Source of the DNA: Mobula hypostoma
Lineage: Eukaryota
Direction of reading: 5' to 3'
NCBI RefSeq assembly: GCF_963921235.1
Contig: NC_086097.1
Span: 188,234,001-188,298,000 of the forward strand
Length of the DNA stretch: 64,000 bases
A program made the position numbers and the translations under genes. The notes beneath the pieces were generated by a model. That model worked only from the letters and a program-made list of their open reading frames with translations, did no database searches and was not told where the DNA came from. Below are positions 51,820 through 63,860 of this stretch, piece after piece; within the stretch, counting starts at the first letter, position 1; every line of letters begins with the position of its first letter.

Positions 51820-53577
51820 CTAGATCACCTTGAAATCTGGGTAGAACTCTCTGCTAGTGCCCTTAATTGGTTTCATTCATATATCCTAGAAAATGCTTTC
51901 TCTGCCTTGGAGACCAATTTTCTAAGAGACACAATGTACTTTTTAGTGTTGCTGAGGGTAGTAGTCTTGGTCCCCTGTTCTTCTCCTTATACATGCTCTT
52001 CTTTGTGGACATCATTAGAGAGCATAATCTTGATTTCCACTATTATGCAAATGACACACAACTGCATATTTTGATCGAGCCTGATGATTATAGTACCCTA
52101 GCTTCTCTGACTTCTGATATGGTTACAATATGCAAATGGAAGAGCATAAATTTTCTAAAACTAAATGAAGGTAAAACTGAAATAATTTTGGTTGGTTCCA
52201 AAGCCAAAAGGGATAAATTTCTTGATAAACTTAGAAACTTGGCTCCCCTTGTGAAATGAGAAGTAACAAACCTGTGTGTTATCCTTGATTAAGAATTGAA
52301 TTGTAAATCCCACATAAAGATAGTGACCGGAGTAGCATTTCTATACTTAAGAAATATTGCACAGGTATGCCTGGTTCTGTCATGTAATGATTCTGAAAAA
52401 CTAATTCATGCCTTTATATTAAATCAACTAGATTACTCCAGTGCACTTTTAACTGGCCTTCCAAAGCAATCTATTGACAAACTACAACTCATTCAGAACC
52501 CTGCTGCTAGACTTTTAACAGAAGCCTGGGTGAGGAGAACATATCACTCCCATCCTAAGTAATCAGCTTTGGCTTCCTGTATCTTCTAGAATTGATTTTA
52601 AAGTTCTGTTACTTATTTTTAAAATTCTTAATGATCTGGGTGCAGAGTGCATCACAGAATCATTTTTGTTCTATAATGCTACTTCAGCTCTCCAGTCGTG
52701 TTCTGATGGTCTCTTAACTTTAAACAATCTTCCTCAAAAAAATAATTGGGTCAGCTTTTTTGAGCTACGTTCTTAAACTGTGGAATTCAATACCTAAAAC
52801 AATAAAGGATGCAGATGTGGAAGTCACAGTAAGGCAAGGATAACATGAGGCAGTTGTAGTCAAATGTGACCTTTGAAGTGAGATCACTAGAGACACCTCT
52901 GTTTGCTACAGACAAGCTAGGCTAGGTTGCCTGTGGCAGTGTGTACGCAGGCCAATCGAATGAAGCCTCTATAGTGAAACTTTTCCAGAAAGGTCTTCAT
53001 AAAACACAGCATCCCTTTTAGGAGGTGCCAGAGACAGACAAGGTAACAGAAGGATATGAAACATATCCAGCAACTAAGGCTCTATTGTCTTTACTAACTT
53101 CAAGATATCGTTGGCTGTCCGCTTGAAGTTTCAATTGACTTTAACACCTCTATTGTGAATGGCAATTGATCTCGCAAGTAAGGAATTCAAAACATATACA
53201 ATTTACAATGATCAATATCCATAACTGATAAGCCAGTTCTGTATAAAAATAGTAGTTTTCTGTTCAGACTTCAGAACAAGTGACAGGGGTCATGTTATTC
53301 TCCTCGTACACAAGTAAAATAAATAGAATGTTTGAGAGTTCTGTGTGTCCTGGGCTCAGTTAATTTATTATCTGTTACAACAGTTACTTCGACACAGGCT
53401 CAATTGACACTTTTAATCCTATTTATTTAACCTTGCTTTTATGTGACATCGCATTGTCTTTTATTTTCATTGTTTAATTTAATTTCATATTTGCACTTTA
53501 TCCCACTGTAAAGCACTTTGACTACATCATTTGTATGGAAAGCGCTCTACAAGTAAGTTATTATTAGTAGTATTATT
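51820..53577 (+). mobile_element. L2 LINE 3' portion, apparently inserted in an old Penelope remnant (about 51.1-53.9 kb)
   Basis: GSSLGPLFFSLYM, HYYANDTQL, LIHAFI..LDY, LQLIQN.AARLL; 3' end aaagcactttg...gcgctctacaagtaag(tta)n. Confidence 0.85.
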
Positions 53578-54509
53578 GTTCTGGAAAGAAGAAGAGCGGG
53601 TGAGAGTAGAGCATAGAAAATGGAACAAGTACATTTGAGAACTCTGTCAACTGTGGGGAGGCATCCTTAAGGGAAAAGGAAGAAATGCTGTAATACTGTG
53701 GCATGAAGTGTCATCACCAAATGGAAACAACAGGAGTTAGATAAGCTGGGAGAACAGAATGAAATCCTTACAAGAAACAATATGGGAAATATCCAGGCAA
53801 TATAGATGTGAGTCCATTTATGTAATCAATTGTGCTCCTTGACCAGTCCCCTGAGATGGAGATATAGAAGTCAAGAAAGAAAAGGAAAGAGTCCAAGGTG
53901 GGCTATCTCCAAGTGAGAACAACATGGAAACACAGGCGGTCTGAATTCTGTACAAAAATAGACAGAATACCAACTGAGAAGGGGATTGAATTATTAATAG
54001 ATTTAAGAAACATAAGAAAAATCTTCAAAGGCAGAGGGATTTTCCTGAAAACAGTTTTGGGAAATTCAATTTGGAGTAGGGTGTGGTTGATTACAAATCT
54101 AAATATTCCTGCTTGTCTTGGTAGAGCTACAAACAAACTCCTAGCTTGTTTCTTCAGGACAAATATTGCAGTGTGAGAAACATGAAATGTTGAAATGAAG
54201 TTTTGGCTGCTTGTTCAAGTGGGCATAATATGTCCTATTTAAATGAAACAGGGAGAACTTGGGTTAGTTCAAACACTTCAGTTGTTCTTCCACATAAACT
54301 ATACACCAAAAATAATTAGTTGTATGAGAAACATTTTGAAACTTCCAGTGAATATGAATGACATTATGTAACTACAAGATTCAGCGTATCTCAAGCCATT
54401 TCGAAAGTCAGAACTTAAAATCTTAAATGCCATTTAGAAACCATGTTCCCCCGCCCCCCCCCCCCCAGTAAACATGCTTTCAATTGTTGAAAATCTTTCT
54501 GTTCTCCAG

Positions 54510-54651
54510 GTACCTGAGGTGTTACTATTGGGCAGTCCGGAGTTTGATTACAATTGGTGGTATTCCTGAACCAGTCACTCTCTTTGAACTAGTCTTTCAG
54601 GGGTGCAATTATTTCATAGGTGTCTTTGTGTTCTCCAGCTTGCTTGGTCAG
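54510..54651 (+). CDS. CNGB3: CNGB3 exon 11 equivalent (pore helix, filter TIGG, S6): [47 protein letters not shown]
   Basis: ctccag|gtac ... tcag|gtaaat; 142 bp; beta-subunit TIGG filter. Confidence 0.96.
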
Positions 54652-54939
54652 GTAAATGAAATTATCTTTGAATGAATCACTGTTCTTTGCAGTGTATTCA
54701 TCATACAAGTTATTAAATAATAAGTCAGGCAGAGAATCAAAGAAAAGGCTGAGGAAAATGTTAACAGCTATTACTTTAGAAACAAATACTTATAAGTGAA
54801 ATATTGCCAAATCATTACACCAATCTGGAAAACATTTTCCCAAGTTTTGCATGAGGTGGGACTGGTCTACAGAGATTTATTTCCTTTAAGTGCATAGCAA
54901 AACTTAATGAAATTGCAATGTTCTAGAAGATAATGGAAT

Positions 54940-55240
54940 ATAGAAACATAGAAAACCTACATCACAATATGGACCCTTTGGCCCACAAAGCTGTGCCAAG
55001 CATGTCCTTACCTTAGAAATTACCTAGGGTTACCCATAGCCCTTTATTTTTCTGAGCTCCATATACCTGTCCAAGAATCTCTTAAAAGACCCTATTGTAT
55101 CCGCCTCCAGCACCGTTGCTGGCAGCCCATTCCATGCACTCACCACTCTCTGCATAAAAAAACTTAACCCGACATCTCCTCTGTACCTACTTCCAAGCAC
55201 CTTAAAACTGTGCCCTCTTATGCTAACCATTTCAGCCCTG
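54940..55240 (-). mobile_element. CR1 3' fragment, antisense
   Basis: RGHSFKVLGSRYRGD...; (ATAGAAAC)n tail seen on the plus strand. Confidence 0.88.
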
Positions 55241-56182
55241 TGAAATCTCTTAAAATTAGCTACAAAACAAGAGGATAAAGGAGGATCTAAATTTTAAGTC
55301 AGCAAGCTGTTTTGGAATGCATTGCCTGAAGTGGATTCAATAGGAATTTATAAAAAAGAGGAGGACATGAATTAAACAGTGCACCTTTCAGGACAACCAG
55401 GGAAGAACAGGACACAAGGACCGATGAGAGAGCTTATCAAAGTAAAACAGCTAAGACACGATGTCGCAAATGGTCCCTGTCTATGCTGTGTAATGTTCTA
55501 ATTCTTAGTGCAATGTCCTGGTTATAATTGCACCTGTAATTTCTTCATGCTTATATCCAAAGATCACTCAATCATGCACGTCTACATTTTGGGTATGCCT
55601 TTCTCTATATGGCATTGATTCATTTTATTTTTCCAATAACTGAATTCCAAAACAGCAAACCTAAGGTTTAATATCAGTTAAGGTACTGTTATAATTTCAA
55701 ATATCTTACCAAATACTTATGAAACACCAGCAACAAAGGCTATTTTTGACTGTCAGAGTGTGTTCAGAACCACCTTGCTAGCTTCAAAGCCAGAGATCAC
55801 ATACCCAGCCACTGGACAGGTTACTTGAGCAGTTCTGAGGTAGTGATAATCTTTGTTGCTGAGGTGGTTCTAAAACAAACCAAATGTCAACCTTTAAATC
55901 AAGTAGTAAAAGCACTGGTGTCAGTGAAGCAATGTGGATTTCTCATTGGCCTGCAAATTCATTTAAGGGAAAATTTCAGTTATGTTCCCAGAAACTGATT
56001 AGGAAATTATGGTTTTACGATTTAATCTACCATACACAGAAAACGTGGCAATATCTACCGTAACTGATTCTAACAAGTTAAAGACTTGCTGCTGACCTTT
56101 GACCCTCAAGTTTGGACTGTGAAATCCTCCATTAGGAATTCATTTCCCCATTATTCATAAAAACTGAGGGGATATTGCTGCT

Positions 56183-56254
56183 GAAGACCTTTCAGTTTAG
56201 GTCAACACAATAATGCAACACCATTATTGTGTTGACTTGGACTAAAATGTCTTC
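56183..56254. repeat. 72-nt hairpin (33-bp arms, 6-nt loop)
   Basis: gaagacctttcagtttaggtcaacacaataatg-caacac-cattattgtgttgacttggactaaaatgtcttc; 28/33 Watson-Crick pairs. Confidence 0.9.
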
Positions 56255-56730
56255 CCTAACGTAACTGTTACATTCTCTGAACACTGCTTATTTGTGTTGA
56301 ACACGTGGTTGGACAATGTTTGCGATCACATCCAGACACAGCGTAATCATAGATAAAAATACACCAAGGATAGTTCTCAAAGTAAAATTTAGCTGGACTT
56401 CTACAGATTCTGCCAACAGTACTCTGCTGAAGAATACCCTGAGACAAGTGTTGCCCTACCGTGGATTTAAGTCATCAGCAGTCTACCCAAAGTTGACAGG
56501 TTTCCGGATCAGGTTGACTCAAACCTCTTGTTTACCCCCAAGAGCTACTGCCCTTTCAGTAGGGTGCAATGAAGTATGCTTCTCCAGGAATTTTAGACCT
56601 GACTAAAAGTTAAGACAACCACAGGTTTATCTTAATTAGTTATCTACAAGATCCACGTATAACTTTACTAACTGCTTACCTTACATTTAATGAAAATTGT
56701 TGATGTACTTGCATATTTTCCCACTTTTAG

Positions 56731-56890
56731 ATGCGTGACATTATTGGGGCAGCTACTGCAGGCCAAGCATACTACCAAACATCTTTGGATAACACAGTAG
56801 TATATATGAATACATACTCGGTTTCAAGATATACACAGAATCGTGTACGTAAATGGTATGAATATACTTGGGAATCACAAGGCCAGTTGG
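56731..56890 (+). CDS. CNGB3: CNGB3 exon 12 equivalent (C-linker): [53 protein letters not shown]
   Basis: cttttag|atg ... ttgg|gtaagt; 160 bp. Confidence 0.96.
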
Positions 56891-56978
56891 GTAAGTAAGC
56901 TGTGTCCAAACTAGGTTTCCTATTTGATAGATATCCTTGGTGACTTCTACTTTAAATAAAAAGCTTTATTTATTTTAG

Positions 56979-57076
56979 ATGTATCTGAGATGATGGAAGA
57001 TATGCCAGTAAAGATGCAACTGGCCATTGCAATTGATCAAAACTATGAGATAGTCAGCAAAGTTGGTCTGTTTAAG
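56979..57076 (+). CDS. CNGB3: CNGB3 exon 13 equivalent: DVSEMMEDMPVKMQLAIAIDQNYEIVSKVGLFK
   Basis: ttttag|at ... taag|gtatcg; 98 bp. Confidence 0.93.
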
Positions 57077-57604
57077 GTATCGTACTTTTAGTTCCCTTCA
57101 ATTGACTAGATTTTGTTGCTATTGTTATTTATTATATCTCATTCTCTTATCTCAATACAACAAAAGAGGCTATTCAGCTGATTATTTCCCTGTAACCTAT
57201 CTTTTTCAAAGATTTCTACTCTGATATTCCAACCACCCACTATAGTTAAATTACAGTGCTCAATTAAGCTATTGATGAACACATCTTTCTGATGTGGTAG
57301 GAATCCAAAGAAACACATTGAACAGCCTTGAAAGGCTGAATGACCTACTACTTGTTGTGTATTTAATATTTCAGTGATATTGTGGACATGTTGTTTGATT
57401 AAGCATTATTTGTTGTTTACATAATTCATTCCAGATTACATGTAAAAGTACATGAATGGCATACGTCATCACACCTCCACATCATAAGAGCACGCCTCAC
57501 TAAAGTAAAAATGATGTAGACATGCTTTTATCCAGGGGCTCCTGTGTTTTTCTTTCAATTAATTTTGAAGTTACAAAATATAACAGTGGCAACAACTAGG
57601 TATT

Positions 57605-58200
57605 CAGTCAGCCAGTGGGTGCCGTCCCGAATCCGGGGTTGGCGGCTATGCACCTCCATCTTCTTCGATCTTGCGACAACACCGAGTACAGCCTCTCCTC
57701 CAGTTTGTTCTTGCTGGCCGCCTTGGTACCGCCCACCGCCGCCCCACCGAACTTGAGCCCAAGGCTGTGTCGGCCTCCAGCCGCGGCCACTTCTTCGAGC
57801 TCGGCCCTTCCTTAGGCGGAGGCCTTGGACAGGTCCAGGCCCACAGTGCAGCACCCAAGTTCATCATGTCTCTTCTAATTAGGTGCATAGCATACGATTC
57901 GTAGATAGGTGGTGAGGCTTTAATCTCTTCCACGGAAAATGGCCGTTGGCTCACAAGGAGTTCAACTGCCCTTTGTCAGGTCTTGTTGTTTTTAGTCCTG
58001 CTGGGTGTCCTCAGACCCTCATCACCAGACTAAATCCAGTGGGGGAGCCAGCCCAAGTTGTCAACCACTCGACCACGGCCCCCGGCCGAGCACCGGGTGC
58101 CCCCCCCTCACCGAATCTCTACGAGCATCCGGCGCCCGACCGTAAACCATGGTCGAGCGGCCTGCGACCAAACCGGCCGTATTAAAGTAAGTAAGTAAGT
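57605..58200. mobile_element. GC-rich RTE-like non-autonomous retroposon inserted just after the Gypsy PBS
   Basis: Minus strand ends QDRRRWRCIAANPGFGTAP with a ctgactga tail; plus strand ends in (GTAA)n; CpG-rich relative to the flanks. Confidence 0.55.
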
Positions 58201-58396
58201 ATTAAAATGAACCAAAGATGACAACCTAACTAATGAAGCACAGCAAACACATTTGAGTTTTAAACAATACACAGCACATTTTTTCCTTACAAAGGGAGAA
58301 GGATAGTGAATTTTAAAAAAGCAGAACATGGATGAAATTCACAGATTCATAAACAGTGAGTACTGGGTGATAATTATAAATTTAAAAAAATCGGAA

Positions 58397-60322
58397 ACTA
58401 GGTAATGTTAGAAATCTAAAGGATTATAGCAGGAAGGAGCTTAAGAATGACATTAGGAGAGCCAGAAGGGGCCATGAGAAGGCATTGGCGGACAGGATTA
58501 AGGAAAACCCCAAAGCATTCTACAAGTATGTGAAGAGCAAGAGGATAAGACGTGAGAGAATAGGACCAATCAAATGTGACAGTGGAAAAGTGTGTATGGA
58601 ACCGAAGGAAATAGCAGAAGTACTTAATGAATACTTTGCTTCAGTATTCACTACGAAAAAGGATCTTGGCGATTGTAGGGATGACTTACAGTGGACTGAA
58701 AAGCTTGAGAATGTAGATATTAAGGAAGAGGATGTGATGGAGCTTCTGGAAAGCATAAAGTTGTTAAGTCACTGTGACCAGATGGGATGTACCCCAGGCT
58801 ACTGTGGGAAGTGAGGGAGGAGATTGCTGAGCCTCTGGCAATGATCTTTGCATCATCAATGAGGACGGGAGAGATTCCGGAGGATTGGGGGGTTTCACAC
58901 GTTGTTCCGTTATTCAAGAAAGGGAGTAGGGATAGCCCAGGAAGTTATAGATCAGTGAGTCTTACTTCAGTGGTTGGTAAGTTGATGGAGAAGATCCTGA
59001 GAGGCAGGATTTATGAACATTTGGAGAGGCATAATATGATTAGGAATAGTCAGCATGGCTTTGTCAAAGGCAGGTCGTGCCTTATGAGCCTGATTGAATT
59101 TTTTTAAGGATGCGACTAAACACATTGATGAAGGTAGAGTTGTAGATGTAGTGTGTATGAATTTTAGCAAGGAATTTGATAATGTACCGCATGCAAGGCT
59201 TATTGAGAAAGTAAGGAGGCATGGGATCCAAGGGGACATTGCTTTGTAGATCCAGAACTGGCTTGCCCACAGAAGGCAAAGAGTGGTTGTAGACGGGTCA
59301 TATTCTGTATGGAGGTCGGTAACCAGTGGTATGCCTCAGGGATCTGTACTGGGACCCCTACTCTTTGTGATTTTTATAAATGACCTGGATGAGGAAGTGG
59401 AGTGATGGGTTAGTAAGTTTGCTGATGACACAAAGGTTGGAGCTGTTGTAGATAGTGTGGAGGGCTTTCAGAGGTTACAATGTGATATTGATAGGGTGTA
59501 AAACTGGGCTGAGAAGTGGCAGATAGACTTCAACTCAGATAAGTGTGAGGTGGTTCATTTTGTAGGTCAAATAGGATGGCAGAATATAGCATTAATGGTA
59601 AGACTCTTGGCAGCATGGCGGATCAGAGGAATCTTGGGGTCCGAGTCCATAGGACACTCAAAGCAGCTGTGCAGGTTGACTCTGTGGTTAAGAAGGCATA
59701 CAGTACATTGGCCTTCCTCAATCGTGGGATTGAGTTTAAGAGCCGAGAGGTAATGTTACAGCTATATAGGACACAGGTCAGACCCCACTTGGAGTACTGT
59801 GCTCAATTCTGGTCGCCTCACCACAGGAAGGATGTGGAAACCATAGAGAGGGTGCAGGGGAGATTTACAAGGCTGTTGCCTGGACTGGGGAGCACGCTTT
59901 ATGAGAATAGGTTAAGTGAACTCAGCTTTTTCTCCTTGGACGACGGAGTATGACGGGTGACCTGATAGAGGTGTACAAGATAATGAGAGGCATTGATCGT
60001 ATGGATAGTCAGAGGCTTTTCCCCAGGGCTGAAATGGCTAGCATGAGAGGGCATAGTTTTAAGGTGCTTGGAAGTAGGTACAGAGGAGATATCAGGGGTA
60101 AATTTTTTACGCAGAGAGTGGTGAGTGCGTGGAATGGACTGCAGGTGGTGGTGGTGGAGGCGGAAACGATAGGGTCTTTTAAGAGACTCCTGGATGGCTA
60201 CATGGAGCTTAGAAAAATAGAGGGCTATGGGTAAAGCCTAGGTAGTTCTAAGGTAAGGACATGTTCGGCACAGCTTTGTGGACTGAAGGGCCTGTATTGT
60301 GCTGTAGGTTTTCTATGTTTCT
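58397..60322 (+). mobile_element. 5'-truncated CR1 LINE inserted upstream of Gypsy gag
   Basis: IKENPKAFYKY, SQHGFVKGRSC, FADDTK, RPHLEYCAQFWSP; several stops; tail tttctatgtttcta. Confidence 0.92.
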
Positions 60323-61304
60323 AAATGTCTGGCTACTTTGGAAAGATAGGTGTATTTGATTGCACAAATAATAATTGGGTGGTGAATACCGAATGAATTG
60401 GGCAGTGTTTTGAAGTAAATGAAACAGCCAATGAAAAGTGAGTGTCAGTGTTACTGAGTGCAATAGGTGGAAGAGCATATTGTTTGCTTAGAAATTTAAC
60501 TGCTCCAACCAAACCAGCCCAGCTGAGTTTTGTACATATCATGAAAGTAATGCAGGAAAACTTAGAAGCAAGGGGAGTCTATTTCAGTGTACATGGTGAA
60601 TTGAAGGAGTTGTCTGAGCATTGTCAGTTGGTTAATGGGCTTAATGGTGCACTGAAAGATTGTTTAGTTTGTGGAATCTTACAAGCAATTATTCAAAAAT
60701 GTCTTCTAACTGAAGCACAACTCACATTTAAAAGAGCAGTTGAATCACTGTGTTAAATCAAAACAGTAGCTAGGGACACAAATGAGTTGGAATCAGGAAT
60801 GAAAGTGAGCATGAACAAAATTGCAAAATCTAAACAGGAACTTGCCTGGCCAAACAAATTGTGTTACTGTTGTGGCACGGCCTCACATACACAAGACCAA
60901 TGCAAATTTAAAGGTGAAACTTGCAGAAGATGCAACGAAATAGGACACATACTAAACAAAGAGAATGTCAGGCAGACAGAAATAAATGGACTGCACAAGG
61001 AAGAGAAAAAGATAAAGCATCAAGTTGCAGTTTCAAAAAGCATGAATCTGCATGCTGTTGATGAAAAATCTGATAATGATGAGAGTGACGCACAACTGAG
61101 TAGCCTTGAGATTTACAGTATGAAATCTAATAGGAGACAACATGGCTTGCACCAGAAATGAATGGCAAATTAACTAAAATGGAAGTAGACACTGGCTCAG
61201 TTGTTTCAGTCATTCCACAAAATGAGTTTGAGCGGCATTTCAAAGATACATACTGAACTGAAGCCTGCAGATTTCCAACTAAGAACTTGTACTGAAGAAA
61301 AGAT

Positions 61305-62062
61305 GGCTCAATGGTTCAATGGTTCCCTTTAATATCAGAGAATGTATACAATATACAACCTGAAATTCTTAATTTTCACAGAATCCACAAAACAGAAGAA
61401 AACCCCAAAGAATGAATGATAGAAAAACGTTAGAGCCCCAAAGCCGCCTCCCCAGCCCCTCCCATGTACAAGCAACAGCAAAGCATCAACACTCCCCCCA
61501 CTTGTTCCAGCAGGAAGGATCAGCGTCCAACACCCACCAAGCAAGCGATAGCAAACCCCCAAAGAGCCCAAGATCAGCAGTCCAACAAAAAACTGCAGGT
61601 CCATAACCCAGCACTTTAACATGCTGCAGGCTCTCTCACAAACAAGGGATAAAGAGGTGTCACCTTTTCCTCAGCGAGAGAGTGATCAGCAGATCACTGT
61701 TTCAACTCATCCAACTCGGGAATCAGCAAACATCCCCCCCACCCACCCATGCACATTGTGAGAGAGAGAGAGAGAGAGCACTGCAGTGCAGGGGCCTCTG
61801 ACAGCTGCACCCGCTGTCTCGATGTTTCAGTCTCCACGACGTTCCATTCCACGACATTGGCAAGGAACCGAGTTATCCACAGAGGCCTCCCAAGGCCTCA
61901 CCTTTGATGGCCCCAAAGACACACTTCTTCCAGGCCACTCCTGGACACATCAAAAATGCTAGGCTGCTCAGTAAATTCCAGAAGCGAGAACCCACCATCA
62001 TTTGGAACCGCAATTTGAGTGCAGCCGTAGATCATAGACTCTGACAGGACCCCAGCCATCTT
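61305..62062 (-). mobile_element. Non-autonomous LINE-derived retroposon inserted in the Gypsy protease region
   Basis: Minus strand starts aagatggctg and ends attaaagggaaccattgaaccattga; the flanks rejoin as Gypsy ...gaaaagat|aactcctgtg; gaaaag duplicated at both sides. Confidence 0.55.
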
Positions 62063-63477
62063 GAAAAGGCAACTCCTGTGGAAATTACATTCATAACAGT
62101 GAAATATAGAAGCCAACAAGCCACATTGGGCTTGTATGTGGTAAAAACAGGAGGATCAGCGTTGTCGGGCCGTGATTGGTTGAGACAACTACAACTTCTG
62201 CCATTGTTACCAGCACCGGGATGAACCTGCCCTTGATAGGGGTTGGCTTATGTAGGGCTGAAGGTTGTTGTACCATCCAAGCTGAGAGCTGAAGTGTTGG
62301 AGGAGCTACATGCTGGTCATCTAGGCAGGATCAAAATGAAAGAGTTTGCTTGAAGCATTGTCTGGTGGCCTGGGAAATATCAGCAGATCGAACAGCTTGC
62401 CATGCCAGCACATCCAGAAGGTGCCTCTCCATATCTGGGAATGGCCTGCATTGCCCTGGCAGAGGATTCGTGTGGATTTTGTCATATTTTTGATAGTAGT
62501 GGATGCAGCTACAAAGTGACCAGAAGTGATCCCAATAGACTCCACTACAACCTTGCATGCTGTTGATGTGTTGAGAAGCCTCTTCCCCAGGACTGGTGTT
62601 GCAGAACACTTAGTGACAATGGACCACAGTTTGTTGTTCAAGTTTGTCATTCCTGAAGCTGAGTGGAATAAGACAATTACATCTGCATTGTACTACCCAG
62701 CCACAAATGGCTTGGGGGAAAGGTTTGTCCAGAGTCAAAGAACTCACTGCCAGCAATGTCAGTAGGACACACTACACTGGCACTGAATCAGAAGATCACC
62801 AATTTCCTCCTTGCATATCACAATGCAGCACGTTCAACAACCAACAACTCACCAGCTCTGCAGGTCCTGAGTCGTCCCTTTCTCTCATACTCCGATATCC
62901 TCAAACCCATTCTCAGAAGGCGAATGCAGACAAACAGCTGAGACAAATTGAGGGCTCAGACAAAGAGGTTTAGTGTTTCACTCCTGGACAAGCAAAGGAC
63001 TACAAAGGTGATCAAAAGTGGGTTCTTAGACAGATTAAGGGCAGAACTGGACCATTCTCTTGCACAGTGGAGATTGTATCTGATGTCGTCTGGAGATGAG
63101 GCATCAATCAGTTGAGACAATTATTGGAGAAGAAAGGTGTCCAGAGCTGTCAGAACCACTTCCTGCAGTCCCAGAGTCAACTCTTAAAACCAGCATGGAG
63201 GAGACCTCATGACCTGAGATTGTTCCACAGCCACGTCTCACCTGTTGTTTCTATAGAAGAGTAATGATGTCAGTCATAGTGAAAGAAAACAGACAATGGA
63301 CATTTAAAGCTGTGAAATGCAGTCCCAAACTATTAAGCAAATCTGAAACCAACAAGAGAAGAGCATTTCCAGCATAATCTGTTTCATAGTTCTAATGTAG
63401 AATTTTCAATTAGGAACATTTATTTATTTACTCGGAGAAACAGGAGCACTTTCCTAGATTCCATAAAACCATAAGAA

Positions 63478-63860
63478 ATGCAATATACCCAAAATGCTGG
63501 AGGAACTCAGCAAGTCAGGCAGCATTTATAGAACTGAATGAACAGTCAACAGTTCAGGCCAAGACCCTTCATCAGATCTGGAAAGGAAGGGTGAGGATGT
63601 CAGAGTAAGAAGAAAGGAGGAACGGAAGGAGGGTAAGCTTAGAAGGTGAAAAGTGAAGCCAGGTGAGTGGGAGGAGTGATGAATTAAGAAGCTGAGAGGT
63701 GAAAGGTGGAAAAGGCAAAGGGCTGGAGAAACACAGAGGGAGCGATCCCTGCAGAAAGCTGAGAGTAGTGTGGAGAGGTAAAGATCTGACTGATGAGTAG
63801 GGTCCCACTGAAGATGGCGGAGGTTATGAAGAAATTTGTGTTGTATTGGAGGAATACAAG
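63478..63860 (-). mobile_element. Penelope-like remnant with terminal repeat
   Basis: aaaatgctggaggaactcagcaagtcaggcagcat ... acccttcatcag; decayed hammerhead at 63544-63578. Confidence 0.8.

Larger units (their letters stand above)
328..57076 (+). other. CNGB3: Cyclic nucleotide-gated channel beta-3 gene (partial; nine internal coding exons, gene extends beyond both window ends)
   Basis: Nine GT-AG exons splice into one open frame. The sizes 209/51/87/65/123/142/160/98 match human CNGB3 exons 6-13 as I recall them. [33 protein letters not shown] and QLAIAID resemble CNGB3 more than CNGB1. Confidence 0.9.
57353..63245 (+). mobile_element. Decayed Gypsy LTR retrotransposon (5' LTR 57353-57585, PBS, gag, protease, integrase; RT/RNase H and 3' LTR missing), with nested insertions
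   Basis: tgttg...taaca followed by gtggcaacaa (PBS-like); gag LLSAIGG..LLRNL and CYCCG..H..CRRCNEIGH; protease EVDTGS; integrase LHAGHLG, WEWP..PWQR, YYPATNGLGERFVQ. Confidence 0.82.

Noticed and set aside
43433..54509. Apparent loss of the S5 exon (pseudogenisation), suggested by the ORF track
   Set aside because: The 123-bp exon is present at 47871-47993 with canonical splice sites.
58050..58180. HDV-like ribozyme on the minus strand (starts GGCCGGU UUG GUCGCA, later GGC GCCGGAU)
   Set aside because: L3 would be about 22 nt instead of about 8, P1 has a G-A mismatch, and I could not build a proper P1.1 or J4/2-P2; a simple long stem explains it better.
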